From positions 1-57,671 of IMG/VR virus record IMGVR_UViG_3300025647_000002: 57,671 bases of DNA. One strand, written 5' to 3'. Positions 28,373-38,692 of the stretch are shown in pieces (positions within the stretch are counted from its first letter, which is position 1; each line of letters begins with the position of its first letter). This stretch comes from a virus. Lineage: Duplodnaviria; Caudoviricetes. The notes below the pieces were generated by a model, which did not search any database, was not told the origin of the DNA, and saw only the letters and a program-made list of their open reading frames with translations. The translations under genes and the position numbers were made by a program.

Positions 28373-29668
28373 TTAAACACGAGCTTTTACCCGAAAGCTC
28401 CACTGCGAATAGTTAACAGGGAATATCTCAGCAGAGTTGTCTTTTCTCAGAAGTATAAGAGCATCCCCAACAATAAGCTTTACGGTGTTTGCGTTTACGA
28501 TATTAAAAATAAGACCTCTCTGAGAGTCATTAGGGGTGGCAGGAAGTTGCAACACATCCCCTACAGAGTAACTATTATTATCCACTATACACTGAACTTC
28601 TAAAAGAAGTAGGGGGGACGTTGTGTTTAACGAGTGGGTAAAGTCTGTCTGGCTATCTGTCGACAAAGAAACTAAAGAACTACTATAAGTCCATCCTTGA
28701 GCGAAGTTAACAGCAGCCTTAACCTTAGCAGGAGATACAAGGCTTTCTGTAGTAGAAGTCCCCGCCTGCCAGACCGCAGTGTCCAACGTGGTGTTGCTGC
28801 CCTGCGGGCCGGTCGGCCCTGTAGGACCAGCTTCATCGCCAGCTGGGCCGATGGCCCCCGTGGGTCCCGTAGCACCTAAGCCGTCAACACCAGCGGGGCC
28901 GGTCGGGCCTGTCGGGCCGGTCGGGCCGAGTGTTCCAGCTGGGCCGGTAGGTCCACTCGCGGGGCCAGTCGGGCCCGCTGCACCCGTGGGTCCTACGACG
29001 GAGTTGCCTTGCGGGCCAGTCGGGCCTGTACTGCCATCGGTGCCGGAAGGCCCCGTCGGACCTGTAGGTCCGCTGGCAGGGCCAGTAGGACCTGTGATCG
29101 AGGGACCCTGCGGGCCGGTCGGCCCTGTAGGACCAGCTTCATCGCCAGCTGGGCCGATGGCCCCAGTCGGACCTGTGGGTCCTACAGCGGTGCTATCCGC
29201 ACCCTGCGGGCCGGTCGGCCCCTGCGGGCCTACAATCTGCCCGACGTTGTCCCACAGCGCTCCGTCCCATACGTACAGATCACCGTCGGCGGTCACGATG
29301 TAGGCATCGTTGATCGTATTGCCTAATGCAGGGAGGTCGCCGACCGTAGCAACCGTGCCTATGAAGTTGATGGACACACCCTGCGGGCCAGTCGGGCCTG
29401 TCGGGCCAACGACTGTAGAGTCCGCACCTGCGGCCCCAGTCGGGCCGGTGGGACCAAACACACCGGACGGACCTGTCGGGCCTGTCGGGCCGCTACTATA
29501 GGGCAGGTCTAGGTACGCATCTGCACCGTTACCGATCTTGTATTTGCCGGTGTCTGTTTCCAGCACGAGTTCCCGGTCCGCGAGGATCGGGTTGAACTCG
29601 GTCCAGCGGGCCAAGGTGTCGCCACGTAATGCAAAGCCGATTGTCGAGGATGGTGTGGGTCCGGGCAT
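28373..29668 (-). CDS. Collagen-like (GPT repeat) tail fibre
   Basis: N-terminal [30 protein letters not shown] anchor, long GPTGPT tracts, AT-rich C-terminal head. Confidence 0.8.
   Translation of the reverse strand: MPGPTPSSTIGFALRGDTLARWTEFNPILADRELVLETDTGKYKIGNGADAYLDLPYSSGPTGPTGPSGVFGPTGPTGAAGADSTVVGPTGPTGPQGVSINFIGTVATVGDLPALGNTINDAYIVTADGDLYVWDGALWDNVGQIVGPQGPTGPQGADSTAVGPTGPTGAIGPAGDEAGPTGPTGPQGPSITGPTGPASGPTGPTGPSGTDGSTGPTGPQGNSVVGPTGAAGPTGPASGPTGPAGTLGPTGPTGPTGPAGVDGLGATGPTGAIGPAGDEAGPTGPTGPQGSNTTLDTAVWQAGTSTTESLVSPAKVKAAVNFAQGWTYSSSLVSLSTDSQTDFTHSLNTTSPLLLLEVQCIVDNNSYSVGDVLQLPATPNDSQRGLIFNIVNANTVKLIVGDALILLRKDNSAEIFPVNYSQWSFRVKARV
28800..29164. repeat. Identical 59-bp direct repeat inside the collagen gene (28800-28858 and 29106-29164)
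   Basis: CCCTGCGGGCCGGTCGGCCCTGTAGGACCAGCTTCATCGCCAGCTGGGCCGATGGCCCC occurs twice. Confidence 0.85.
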
Positions 29669-29669
29669 A

Positions 29670-30734
29670 TCAGGCCGCCTTGTCTGCGGAGTAGAACTCC
29701 AAGTTACGTTTCAACCGCTCATCACCGGGCTCGAGCCCTACTGCGAGCTTACCGTGTTCTACGGCTTCCCCTGACTTACCGAGGTGGTGGGCCGCCAGCG
29801 CAAGAAGATCATGCGGCTTTGCCCCCCAGACACTCGGGTCCATCGTGTAGACCAAGGCTTTGTCCTTAATCGTCAAAGCCTGTTTAGCACAGTCGTAGCT
29901 TAATTGCCACTGGTCTGTCTTACGCGCGAGGTCAGCCAGCTCTACCCAAGGCTCACGGGTGTTCGGGGCTTCCTCGGTGGCTTTCTGGAGCCAGACCTGT
30001 GCCTGCTCACGGTCGCCCAGCGCCTCGTAGGACTGCGCCATCACGCGCATCGCGTAGCACCGCTCGTTCGCCCAGTCGGCGTTCGGGTTGTCCAGATATT
30101 TATTCAGCGCCACGATGGCGTCGATCCAGCGGCGGCTGAACGTCAGCTCGCGGGCGTAATAGAACGCATTGCGCGGGCAGTGTGGGTCTTCCTTGACTGA
30201 CAGCTCCAGCAGGTCGAGGTATTGCCCCCGGCTCTTGGTAGGATCAGGGTGGTGCGTCACCAAGAGCATGTCCGTCTGGGCATAGAACTCATTGGTCCGC
30301 GCATCCGGGCGCGGGTACTCGTGGCACGGGTGGTGCCAGTGATAGCCGTGGCGCGCGTGGATTTTCTCGTAGTAGAACAGGATGCCTGCGCCCCAGTCGA
30401 ACTTGTAGCGCAGCCGGGTCGTCTTGCCCAGTTCCCAAACACGCTCGATCTCCTCGCGCCAGCCGGGTTCCAGCCGTTCGTCGAGGTCGAGGCTGATACA
30501 CACGTCGATGTCGCGGGGGATGAGGGCAAGCGCCGCGTCCCGGGCCTTATCGAACCGCCAAGGGGTGATGCAGATTTCCGGTACAGTCGCACCGCAAGCA
30601 CGGGCCAACTCGACTGTCTCATCGGTGCTGCCTGTATCCGCGATGAGGATCAGGTCCGCATCCTCGGCAGACTCACAGAACTGCTCGACAAACGAAGCCT
30701 CGTTCTTACTGATGGCGTATACGCAAATCTTCAT
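29670..30734 (-). CDS. GT2 glycosyltransferase with TPR repeats
   Basis: [31 protein letters not shown] (DxD) and C-terminal TPR helices. Confidence 0.9.
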   Translation of the reverse strand: MKICVYAISKNEASFVEQFCESAEDADLILIADTGSTDETVELARACGATVPEICITPWRFDKARDAALALIPRDIDVCISLDLDERLEPGWREEIERVWELGKTTRLRYKFDWGAGILFYYEKIHARHGYHWHHPCHEYPRPDARTNEFYAQTDMLLVTHHPDPTKSRGQYLDLLELSVKEDPHCPRNAFYYARELTFSRRWIDAIVALNKYLDNPNADWANERCYAMRVMAQSYEALGDREQAQVWLQKATEEAPNTREPWVELADLARKTDQWQLSYDCAKQALTIKDKALVYTMDPSVWGAKPHDLLALAAHHLGKSGEAVEHGKLAVGLEPGDERLKRNLEFYSADKAA

Positions 30735-30737
30735 GTG

Positions 30738-31187
30738 TTACTCTCCCAGTTTGGTTGGCCAAGTGATGCTCCACGGAAAGCCAGCTTGGTCTGTGACATC
30801 GCGCAGCGACTGACGGTATGCGGCCCACTCTGGCGTCATCGTGTTGTCGCTCAAGGCCATCCAGTCAGTCTGTTGCAGGAGATAGTCCCGCTGCGAGCGA
30901 ACAGATTGCGCCTCGTTGTCGGTGCGCTGCGCGATCTCTTCGGGCGTTGCGTCCGTCACGTCCCAGACCTGCGTCCACTCTCCGTCGGTCAGGACAGCCG
31001 TGCCCTCGGTGGCATTCTTCGTGTAATCCACCTCCGGACGCGGTGTCAGCGTCAGCGGGAATACATCCCAGCTTGCCAGAAGCTCGTCGCTGGGACGCTT
31101 CGGGAAGGACGTGTTCGGGTTGTCATGACGCAGTTGCCCGATTGAGTAATTCTCAGGCTGGCCGTTTGTGATCTTCAGGTGTGGCAT
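30738..31187 (-). CDS. Tail fibre assembly chaperone
   Basis: Start MPHLKIT after GGAGG; VRSQRDYLLQQTDW...WAAYRQSLRDVTDQAGFPWSITWP motif. Confidence 0.85.
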   Translation of the reverse strand: MPHLKITNGQPENYSIGQLRHDNPNTSFPKRPSDELLASWDVFPLTLTPRPEVDYTKNATEGTAVLTDGEWTQVWDVTDATPEEIAQRTDNEAQSVRSQRDYLLQQTDWMALSDNTMTPEWAAYRQSLRDVTDQAGFPWSITWPTKLGE

Positions 31188-31198
31188 ATAAGCCTCCG

Positions 31199-32017
31199 TT
31201 ATGCAGTGGAGTATTGGTACAGTTTGTTCGTGGCGTCTCCAATAGCGTACATTTTTGTGCCATCGGGTTTGAAACTGACGCCTTTTATAAATGTGTCTTG
31301 GCCCGCCACGCTGAACCTCTGCACATATGTTGCACTCGAAACGTCCCAAGGACTGCCGAGAGCGTACTCACCGATAGAGTCACTCCCGTCGCTGACCACA
31401 TACATGGCCGTTCCGTCCGGCTTGAAAAATATCCCGTCCGCAGTTGGTGAGTTTGCACCAACGCTAACATTCTGGAAAAATACAGCCGTAGAGACATTCC
31501 ACGGAGTACTTAAATTGTACTCATGCACTCGGTCATTCAGCCAGCCACACATGTACATTTTTGTACCATCAGGCTTGAAGAAAAGACCTGTTGGAACTGG
31601 TTCTTGACTTCCGACATATATGCTTGTTTGAACGCCCCAGAAAGGCATGTTCCACGCATCGGAAGTCGAGTTGTACTGCCAAACACGGTCGGAACCTCCG
31701 CCCGTGACATACATCACCAAACCATCAGGTTTGAAGAATACCGCAGCAGGATTGTTTTCTTGGGCTGCGGTCGAAAAAGAACCAGATGCGAGAGCGGTTG
31801 ATAAGTCCCACGGCGTACTCAAAACGTACCTGTAAATCCGGTCTGTGTTGTTCCCTGCGATAAACATCATCGTGCCGTCGGGCCTAAAAAACAGCCCGTT
31901 TGGTGTGGTGTCTTGCGTACTAAGGCTGAAACTGACCCCATCATAAACGGCGTCTGTCAGGTTCCAGCCTCCGCCACCACCCGTCCCACCTGCGCCCGCT
32001 GCCTTTGCCCACAACAT
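31199..32017 (-). CDS. Beta-propeller repeat protein (putative receptor-binding tip)
   Basis: Five repeats containing FF(K/R)PDGTxM(Y/F)-type motifs, mostly followed by LSTPWDxST; TAATG coupling to the upstream gene. Confidence 0.75.
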   Translation of the reverse strand: MLWAKAAGAGGTGGGGGWNLTDAVYDGVSFSLSTQDTTPNGLFFRPDGTMMFIAGNNTDRIYRYVLSTPWDLSTALASGSFSTAAQENNPAAVFFKPDGLVMYVTGGGSDRVWQYNSTSDAWNMPFWGVQTSIYVGSQEPVPTGLFFKPDGTKMYMCGWLNDRVHEYNLSTPWNVSTAVFFQNVSVGANSPTADGIFFKPDGTAMYVVSDGSDSIGEYALGSPWDVSSATYVQRFSVAGQDTFIKGVSFKPDGTKMYAIGDATNKLYQYSTA

Positions 32018-32376
32018 TACGAGCCGTCCCCTACGAGAGCACCATAGAGCGTCGAGCCGACTTTCCAAAGTGCGACGACTGTGTCTGCATCAGTGGCTAG
32101 ATCAGGTGCTGCGGCTGCGTTGTTGATCCACGTCATCGTTGGCCACGTGACCGCGAACCCTGTACCGTCGTCGATCATGAGCGTGATGCCCTGACCTGCG
32201 GAGAACCCGTCGGTGTATGTGGTGGCTCCCGTCAGGGTGTGCGTCTGCACAGAGCCGTTGTCCGGCTCGAGCGCAACACTCGTCCCAGTGATCGCGTACA
32301 CATCCTCGGTGATCGTGCCGCTGGTCACGACAGGGCTGGTGCGTCCGAAGTTGGCTAGGTCGCGTGCGTTGGTCAT
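32017..32376 (-). CDS. Small fibre adaptor, paralogous to the C-terminus of 34078-35553
   Basis: Shares NGxVQTHTLxGATTYTD...[19 protein letters not shown]...[17 protein letters not shown]. Confidence 0.75.
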   Translation of the reverse strand: MTNARDLANFGRTSPVVTSGTITEDVYAITGTSVALEPDNGSVQTHTLTGATTYTDGFSAGQGITLMIDDGTGFAVTWPTMTWINNAAAAPDLATDADTVVALWKVGSTLYGALVGDGS

Positions 32377-32379
32377 GGG

Positions 32380-33174
32380 TTACTCCAGTTTTGATAGCGA
32401 CATAAATTCAGGCTTGGCGATGCTCTCGACACCGAACATCCGCTGTGTAACTTCTGTCGCACAGTGCTCGTATTTTATAGCCATCTGGTCAAGAAAATCT
32501 TCAAGGTCCGCCGCTGTGGGTCGGGCACCGTTGATGATGCGCTCGTCGGTCGCTGCAATGTAGCCGGCAACTTCGCGCAGGGCGATCTGGATATGGACCC
32601 CGAACTGCTGGAGGTATTCAATCGACGCCTCTTTGCCGCGACCCAACTCTACCAAGTTGCGGTAGAGAAGTTCAAATCCGCGCCGGACGTGAAACTTGTT
32701 CTCGTGGCGCTCGAAGTCTTCCTCGGTCCAGTCCTCCATGCCGTGCGTGGCGACAAGGTTGTCGTAGGCGGCGATCAGGATCGCGATGTCTTTGACCGCG
32801 CCGGAGATGTGGTTCTCCATCTGCTGCAACTGGAACGCCTTCTGCCGCTGCTTGGCCTCATGCAGTGCCTCGGAACAGTCCGGATCAGGCTCTTTCTCGG
32901 TAAGCTCGACGTAGCTGACTTGCGCTTCGGACAGCGCAGCTTGGCGCTTGGCGATCTCCGCGAGAACCTGACGCACCTGCCGGTGTGGCGCTTGGCCCGT
33001 GAGCATCGTGAGGCTCATCAGGCTGGTGGTCGTCTGGCTGTTGCTGCGCCCGAAGGACTGCGTCTTGGCTACCATTTCAGGAAGCCGCGCAGACGCCAGC
33101 TCAACCGCCTTGGCGGGGGCAAGTGACGCGAAGTTGCTCTGTGTGGTTGTGATTTCGTTGCTCATGTTATCCAC
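32380..33174 (-). CDS. Hypothetical helical protein in the tail-fibre module
   Basis: 264-aa ORF coupled to neighbours; no catalytic motif recognised. Confidence 0.7.
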   Translation of the reverse strand: MDNMSNEITTTQSNFASLAPAKAVELASARLPEMVAKTQSFGRSNSQTTTSLMSLTMLTGQAPHRQVRQVLAEIAKRQAALSEAQVSYVELTEKEPDPDCSEALHEAKQRQKAFQLQQMENHISGAVKDIAILIAAYDNLVATHGMEDWTEEDFERHENKFHVRRGFELLYRNLVELGRGKEASIEYLQQFGVHIQIALREVAGYIAATDERIINGARPTAADLEDFLDQMAIKYEHCATEVTQRMFGVESIAKPEFMSLSKLE

Positions 33175-34078
33175 CTGACGTTGCTGCGAGGGCGGAGCGG
33201 GCGACCGTCAAATCACCGAAGTCAACGGCGTTGCCCGGCGTGGCGATTGTGATGTATTCGATGATGTTGGCATTACCCCCACCCATCACGCCTCTGGTGC
33301 CGTCCGACGTTGCTGCAGCACTAACGCGGGGCAACGGTGAATCTCCAAAATCTGTGGCGTTGCCTGTCGTTGCGATATTTATATAGTCAAGGGTGTTGTT
33401 AAACCCGCCATTATCGGGCACGCCGGGGCTAAAGACCCCGCGAGTTCCGTCAGACATTGCCGAAAGCTGCGACCTTGCGACAGTTAGGCTGCCAAAAAGC
33501 GTCGCGTTTGATGTGGTGGCGATGGTTATATAGTTTATGGTGTTCTGGGCCGACCCAAACGAAGTGGTGGTTTGACCGCCACCAAACACACCTCTGAAGC
33601 CATCACTGGTGGCCGCAAGATAGGATATTGTCCGAGGCAAGTCACCGAAGTCGATGGCATTGCCTGTGGTGGTGATAGTGATATAGTCGATGTTGTTGAA
33701 AGTAACGCTAATAAGTCCTCCACCAAACACACCTCTTGATCCGTCGCTTGTGGCGGCAAGCAGACGTCTGGCTTGACTCAAATCGCCAAAGCCGACAGCA
33801 TTGCTTGGAGTTGCGATGTCGATGTAGTCGAGAGTGCTCACGACGATTGCCGTGATACCCCCGCCAAATACACCACGCGCGCCATCTGACACAGCCGCAA
33901 GCCCAGACCGAGCTTGCGTCAAATCGCCAAAGTCAATGGCATTTCCCGTCGTAGCAATGGTTATATAGTCGATGGCGTTGGTTGTCGGGTTTCCCCCGCC
34001 AAACACACCTCTCGGCCCGAAGAATGCAGGTGCTCCACCAAGCGTCCCGCCTGCACCGATAAGACCGCGCTTTAGCAT
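33167..34078 (-). CDS. Kelch-like repeat protein (putative receptor-binding tip)
   Basis: Six repeats of RGVFGGG...IDYITIATTGNAxDFGDLxxxRxxLAAxSDG; start MLKRG via TAATG. Confidence 0.75.
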   Translation of the reverse strand: MLKRGLIGAGGTLGGAPAFFGPRGVFGGGNPTTNAIDYITIATTGNAIDFGDLTQARSGLAAVSDGARGVFGGGITAIVVSTLDYIDIATPSNAVGFGDLSQARRLLAATSDGSRGVFGGGLISVTFNNIDYITITTTGNAIDFGDLPRTISYLAATSDGFRGVFGGGQTTTSFGSAQNTINYITIATTSNATLFGSLTVARSQLSAMSDGTRGVFSPGVPDNGGFNNTLDYINIATTGNATDFGDSPLPRVSAAATSDGTRGVMGGGNANIIEYITIATPGNAVDFGDLTVARSALAATSGG

Positions 34079-35553
34079 TACGAACCATCCCCGACGAGTG
34101 CGCCGTAGAGTGTCGTGCTTACCTTCCACAACTGGACAGTCGTGTATCCAGTGGTCGCCAAGTCGGGCGCGGCACCTGCGTTGTTGATCCACGTCATCGT
34201 CGGCCACGTGATCGCCTGCCCTGCTCCGTCGTCGACCATCAGCGTGATGGCCTCGCCGCCCGAGAGGGCGTCGGTGTATGTGGTGGCTCCAGACAGCGTG
34301 TGGGTCTGCACTGTTCCGTTGGATGGATCAAGCGAGGGGGTTGTGCCAGTAAGTGCGAACACCTGCTCGACGATAGCGGCCCCGAAGGTGGCGTCTCCCG
34401 ACATGGTGGTAGTCGACGAGAACGTCACTCCACCACTGAACGTGCCGCCGGACGCGGGGACAACATCTGCGAGCTCCGCTGTCGTCCACGCAAGGACTTC
34501 CACGAGGTCGCCCAACGTAGCGCCCGTTGCCAAAACAATAGATGTCCCGTTGGTGGCCGTGTAATCTGCGGTCCCGAGCTTAGCCCCGTTTAGGAACACA
34601 TCGGCGTAACCTACGGTATAGGCCACAGTAAACGTGGTTTGCGCAGCAGTCGCGGTGAATGTTGCTTTGTTGTAGGCGATGCTTTCACCAATGGGGCCTG
34701 TCGCTCCGGTCGGGCCAGTCGGACCTACTACGGTGGAATCCGCGCCTGTAGGGCCAGTGGGACCAATAGCACCCAGCGTACCATCTGCGCCGGTCGGGCC
34801 CGTTGGGCCGACAACTGTAGAATCCGCGCCTGCCGGACCGGTAGGGCCAGTGGGGCCAGCGACGGTAGAGTCCGCGCCTGTAGGGCCAGTAGGGCCAGCG
34901 ACTGTGGAGGCGTCACCCGGAGCACCTGTAGGGCCAGTGGGGCCAGCGACTGTAGAGTCAGCACCTGTAGGGCCAGTAGGGCCAGCGACTGTGGAGGCGT
35001 CACCCGGAGCACCTGTAGGGCCTGTAGGGCCAGCGACTGTAGAGGCATCGCCTTGTGGTCCTGTAGGGCCAGTGGGGCCAGCGACTGTAGAGGCATCGCC
35101 TTGTGGTCCTGTAGGGCCCGCGACTGTAGAGGCGTCACCCGGAGCACCTGTAGGGCCAGTAGGGCCTGTGAGACCGACCGGACCAGTGGGGCCCGTAGGA
35201 CCAGTGGGGCCGACGATCTCACCGACGCTAGACCAAGACTCATTCCAGACATAGAGCTCGCCATCGGCCTGTACGATGTAGGCATCGTTTGCTGTGTTAC
35301 CCGTTGCAGGGAGGTCGCCAACCGTAGGGACCGACCCGAGCACATTAAGCGACACGCCCTGTGAGCCCGTAGGACCAACGATGCCCCCATAAGCGAGGTC
35401 GAGGTAGTTGGATACCCCGTCACCAACTTTGAACTGGTTTGTGTCCGTCTCAAGGACAAACTCCCGGTCCGCAAGGACTGGGTTGAAAGCTGTCCAGCGC
35501 GCCAAGGTATCGCCGCGAAATGCCAGCTGGAATACGGATGCGCTAATGGTCAT
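34078..35553 (-). CDS. Collagen-like (GPT repeat) tail fibre
   Basis: Same N-terminal anchor as 28373-29668; D(A)[11 protein letters not shown] tandem repeats; VFLNGAKL domain; C-terminal adaptor module. Confidence 0.8.
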   Translation of the reverse strand: MTISASVFQLAFRGDTLARWTAFNPVLADREFVLETDTNQFKVGDGVSNYLDLAYGGIVGPTGSQGVSLNVLGSVPTVGDLPATGNTANDAYIVQADGELYVWNESWSSVGEIVGPTGPTGPTGPVGLTGPTGPTGAPGDASTVAGPTGPQGDASTVAGPTGPTGPQGDASTVAGPTGPTGAPGDASTVAGPTGPTGADSTVAGPTGPTGAPGDASTVAGPTGPTGADSTVAGPTGPTGPAGADSTVVGPTGPTGADGTLGAIGPTGPTGADSTVVGPTGPTGATGPIGESIAYNKATFTATAAQTTFTVAYTVGYADVFLNGAKLGTADYTATNGTSIVLATGATLGDLVEVLAWTTAELADVVPASGGTFSGGVTFSSTTTMSGDATFGAAIVEQVFALTGTTPSLDPSNGTVQTHTLSGATTYTDALSGGEAITLMVDDGAGQAITWPTMTWINNAGAAPDLATTGYTTVQLWKVSTTLYGALVGDGS

Positions 35554-35804
35554 GTCTGAGCACTCCCAAGGTCAATCTTCGCACCGCCGGTATAATCGGT
35601 CTCGGCGTTACCGGCATCGATCAGCGTAGACAGCACTGGCGCTAGGCCCACCCAGCTGTCCCCGGTCGAATAGTGCATGAGGTCGTCTTCCCCGGCGACG
35701 ATAGCACCCTTGTAGGCGGTTGCGTCAAGCGCGACTGGCGTAGCGTAGCGCAGAGACTGCCCAACGGTTCGGTCCCTGCCGGATGCAAATTTTACACTGC
35801 TCAT
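35550..35804 (-). CDS. Hypothetical virion protein
   Basis: Start MSSVKF at 35804 (ATGA overlap); IDAGNA...IDLGSA C-terminus. Confidence 0.6.
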   Translation of the reverse strand: MSSVKFASGRDRTVGQSLRYATPVALDATAYKGAIVAGEDDLMHYSTGDSWVGLAPVLSTLIDAGNAETDYTGGAKIDLGSAQT

Positions 35805-36214
35805 GTTATCACCGTGTATTCTTCGCGCTGGTTCAGCACATAGGATAGGCACGCCGTCGCGCCCTGAAAGTTCTCGCACTTGAGTTGCATCCGCTCGCCG
35901 CTGGGGAGGTTCTGCTTCCCTAGCTCGATCAGCGCAAAGTCATTCGGCGGTATGTCCATCTGGTTGAGGATAAGCCACTCCACCCCGCCGCTGTCTACGA
36001 CACGGATCGAAAGCTGTATTGTGTGGGACCCGTTGTTCGCGACAACCAGCGACGTGAGGAGAGCCACCGCCGTCATAACGCGTTGTGGGTTCGGCCCGCT
36101 TTCCGGGATCACATAGCTCGGTACATCAAGTACGGTGGTCCAGAACGAGGGGACATTTATCCGTGATGCCTCGAAGAGATTAAGCGGCGGACGGGGGGTT
36201 GTAATCGTCGGCAT
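35801..36214 (-). CDS. Hypothetical beta-rich virion protein
   Basis: 137 aa, GGAGG SD, in the tail module. Confidence 0.65.
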   Translation of the reverse strand: MPTITTPRPPLNLFEASRINVPSFWTTVLDVPSYVIPESGPNPQRVMTAVALLTSLVVANNGSHTIQLSIRVVDSGGVEWLILNQMDIPPNDFALIELGKQNLPSGERMQLKCENFQGATACLSYVLNQREEYTVIT

Positions 36215-36215
36215 G

Positions 36216-38684
36216 TCAGCCTCCTAATACTTGTATGAGTGGGAGAGCGATGTTCTGCACACCGCGCGAGAACGCCTGTCCCTCGACCGTACCGCGCTCA
36301 AAGTCTACGCGCAGATCGTCACCGAGGTAAGTGTCGCCGAGCTCTGTCGAGAAAGTCGCATAGATGCGGCCTCCTTCCAACTTGAGGTTGGCCTGCGACG
36401 GGTCCACCGCTTCGCCCGTACCGCGCTGGGAGAAGGGCAGGGAGTTGTAGTTCACGCCAGAACCGACGTAGCTGAACTGCTGGCCGGTGGCCTCGACCAC
36501 AGACGGGAACGGTATCGTCGGGGGCGTCTCCACGTTGGTGGTGATGAGCTCGATCAGCGACACAAGCATGTCTTCTGCGGGGGACGTAAGCGCACACCGC
36601 GCGAGGATGCGCGCCTGAATGATCTCCCAGCTGCGCACGAATATGGGGAGGAGCGCCGCAGAGAAATGATACTCTGCGTTCCAGTTGAACAGCCCCTTGA
36701 CGAAGTATTGCGCGCCCCGGTCCTGCCCTGACCGGAAGTCATCGGACAGCTGCTTGAGGAGCGTAGCCGCATCCCGGCGTGTCAGCGCCTCCTGCTCCAA
36801 GCTGAACTCCTGTACCTCTACGAACTCGTCAGCGAGCTGGATGTACATCTCCTCGATGATGGTATCCGACTGCTCGATGATTGCATCTGCAGTCGCCACG
36901 TAGACAGCTCGGGGCTGGTCAGTGGGGTTCTCGATAAGGACCGTGTTGCGAAACCCTGTAGCAACCAGAGCATAGTCGCCAAACGTGTTGTTGGAGTTCG
37001 CGACTGTCACCTGTCCACCATCATGGCACCACAACCCGTAGCGGGTCCAGTTCGTGAACACCGACACCAGCTGTACGAAGGCGTTGCGCCGCATGAGGTA
37101 GGCGTAGCCGTTGGGGTTGATGGACGTAAAGGAGTCCACCACCACAGACCTGAGCGGTGAAGACGGCGCAAGGACTGACCCGTCCGCGTTTATGTTCCCA
37201 GCTCCGCGAGGCATCAGCGGGTTGCCAGCTGCGCGGTCGATGGGCAGTGTCAGTTGGTCCTGCGTAAACTCATGCAGCATCGAGCAGTCGGCGATATACG
37301 GCGAACGCGTTATGAAGGCCCCGGGCTTGAACGCAAACACAAACCCCTTCTGGGGTGGGTAGTCGTGCTCCGGCTGTACCGCGACACCGGCCACGTTGCG
37401 GTACAACACCCCGCCCACGGTGAAGTAGTCCCACACATCCACGGCCGCCAGCCCGAGACCCTCGGTCGCGTACGCGGGCGGGTCCTCGTGCTGCAAGCCG
37501 GTGAACGTGAACCCGCGAACTTTGATGCCGCTGTCCATCAGGAACATGTTGTTCTGCGAAAGGCCCGCGGGCAGGCGCAGCTTGGTCGCCCGCAGATCGT
37601 ACCCGTAGAGCACTACGTTCGGCGGGAGTCCTGTGTCCGGCTGTACGGTATAATCGCCCGGGTGTACGACCACCGCGCAGGGCAGAGCGAGCTCCGCAGC
37701 CTTGGTTAGCGCCGCCCCGATAGTTGCTAGGGACGAACCAAGGCTGGTCCCTGTGTTCGCATCGCTGCCGTTCATCGTCACGTAAAATGTGCGGGCTACT
37801 GTGTACGAGTCTGCAACACCGGCCCCCGCAGGGATAGTGCCTGCAGGCCATTGGAAATCTGGTGGCACAACCACTTCATCTGCGGACACAACCAAAGGCG
37901 TGGGCAGCTCAGTGTGTGCGAGAGCGAGCGTCACAAGGTCTGTCTGGTGCCCCGCGCCGTAGGTCCTGAACCACGGGATGCCGTACCGCGCAGAGCTCGG
38001 GATGTACACGTCGTAGGTCTCGCCGCCGCCAAACCCGACAGAGTAAGAGAACTCCCGGAACAGCGAACTCACCAAGAGCGTGTTGTCCGAGTGGATAACG
38101 GTCTCACCGATTTTGTTGTCGAACCCGTTGTACCAGTCGATACCGGCGGTGATGCCGTCGTTCGCCGGGTCGCCGCTGTCGGTGAACCTCTGGTAGCCCA
38201 CGCGCAGCGTGTACGACTGGGTCAGCTCGAGCGGGACAGAATACTTTGCGGAGGCACTCCCTAGCCCGGTAAAGCGGTACACCTTGCCGTTAAGTCCGAC
38301 ATCCGTGGCCCCGCCGGAGAGAGTGAAATAGCTGGGTGCATCGCCCGGACGGTACTGCCGGGAGAGGCTCTCCGCGCTCGCATCCTCGCGACCCTCGATG
38401 TACGCAGCAGTGACCCGTAGTTCGACAAGACTACCAGCGGCAAAGTCGCGGGCTACGGTACCTTCAGCACCACGAGTGACGGTCAGTGTGTCGCCGCTGC
38501 GCGCGGTGACAGTGACAATCTCGTACCCGCCGTCTGTAGACACCAGTGTTGTGTTGAATGTCTCACCCGTACTGAGCGCCGGGAATACAGCGCCGGTACC
38601 CGTGGTCAAAACGACTGTAGTATCCGTTGGGTCCAAGGCCGCATCCAGATACCCGCGAGCGTTGTTTGTGATCTTGAGTACCAT
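36216..38684 (-). CDS. Tail spike/fibre with pectin-lyase-like beta-helix region
   Basis: N-terminal TLTVTRGAEGT head; FYVTMNGSDANTG...TIGAAL..VHPGDY; RSPYI and QLVSVFT motifs. Confidence 0.7.
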   Translation of the reverse strand: MVLKITNNARGYLDAALDPTDTTVVLTTGTGAVFPALSTGETFNTTLVSTDGGYEIVTVTARSGDTLTVTRGAEGTVARDFAAGSLVELRVTAAYIEGREDASAESLSRQYRPGDAPSYFTLSGGATDVGLNGKVYRFTGLGSASAKYSVPLELTQSYTLRVGYQRFTDSGDPANDGITAGIDWYNGFDNKIGETVIHSDNTLLVSSLFREFSYSVGFGGGETYDVYIPSSARYGIPWFRTYGAGHQTDLVTLALAHTELPTPLVVSADEVVVPPDFQWPAGTIPAGAGVADSYTVARTFYVTMNGSDANTGTSLGSSLATIGAALTKAAELALPCAVVVHPGDYTVQPDTGLPPNVVLYGYDLRATKLRLPAGLSQNNMFLMDSGIKVRGFTFTGLQHEDPPAYATEGLGLAAVDVWDYFTVGGVLYRNVAGVAVQPEHDYPPQKGFVFAFKPGAFITRSPYIADCSMLHEFTQDQLTLPIDRAAGNPLMPRGAGNINADGSVLAPSSPLRSVVVDSFTSINPNGYAYLMRRNAFVQLVSVFTNWTRYGLWCHDGGQVTVANSNNTFGDYALVATGFRNTVLIENPTDQPRAVYVATADAIIEQSDTIIEEMYIQLADEFVEVQEFSLEQEALTRRDAATLLKQLSDDFRSGQDRGAQYFVKGLFNWNAEYHFSAALLPIFVRSWEIIQARILARCALTSPAEDMLVSLIELITTNVETPPTIPFPSVVEATGQQFSYVGSGVNYNSLPFSQRGTGEAVDPSQANLKLEGGRIYATFSTELGDTYLGDDLRVDFERGTVEGQAFSRGVQNIALPLIQVLGG

Positions 38685-38692
38685 TACCTACC

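Noticed and set aside
32017-34330. Diversity-generating retroelement template/variable repeat pair
   Set aside because: No reverse transcriptase was recognised, both copies are coding, and the differences are not confined to adenines.
28779-35254. + strand GPVGPV collagen-like ORFs (28779-29303, 34679-35254)
   Set aside because: Reverse-complement mirror of the GPT codons of the real - strand genes.
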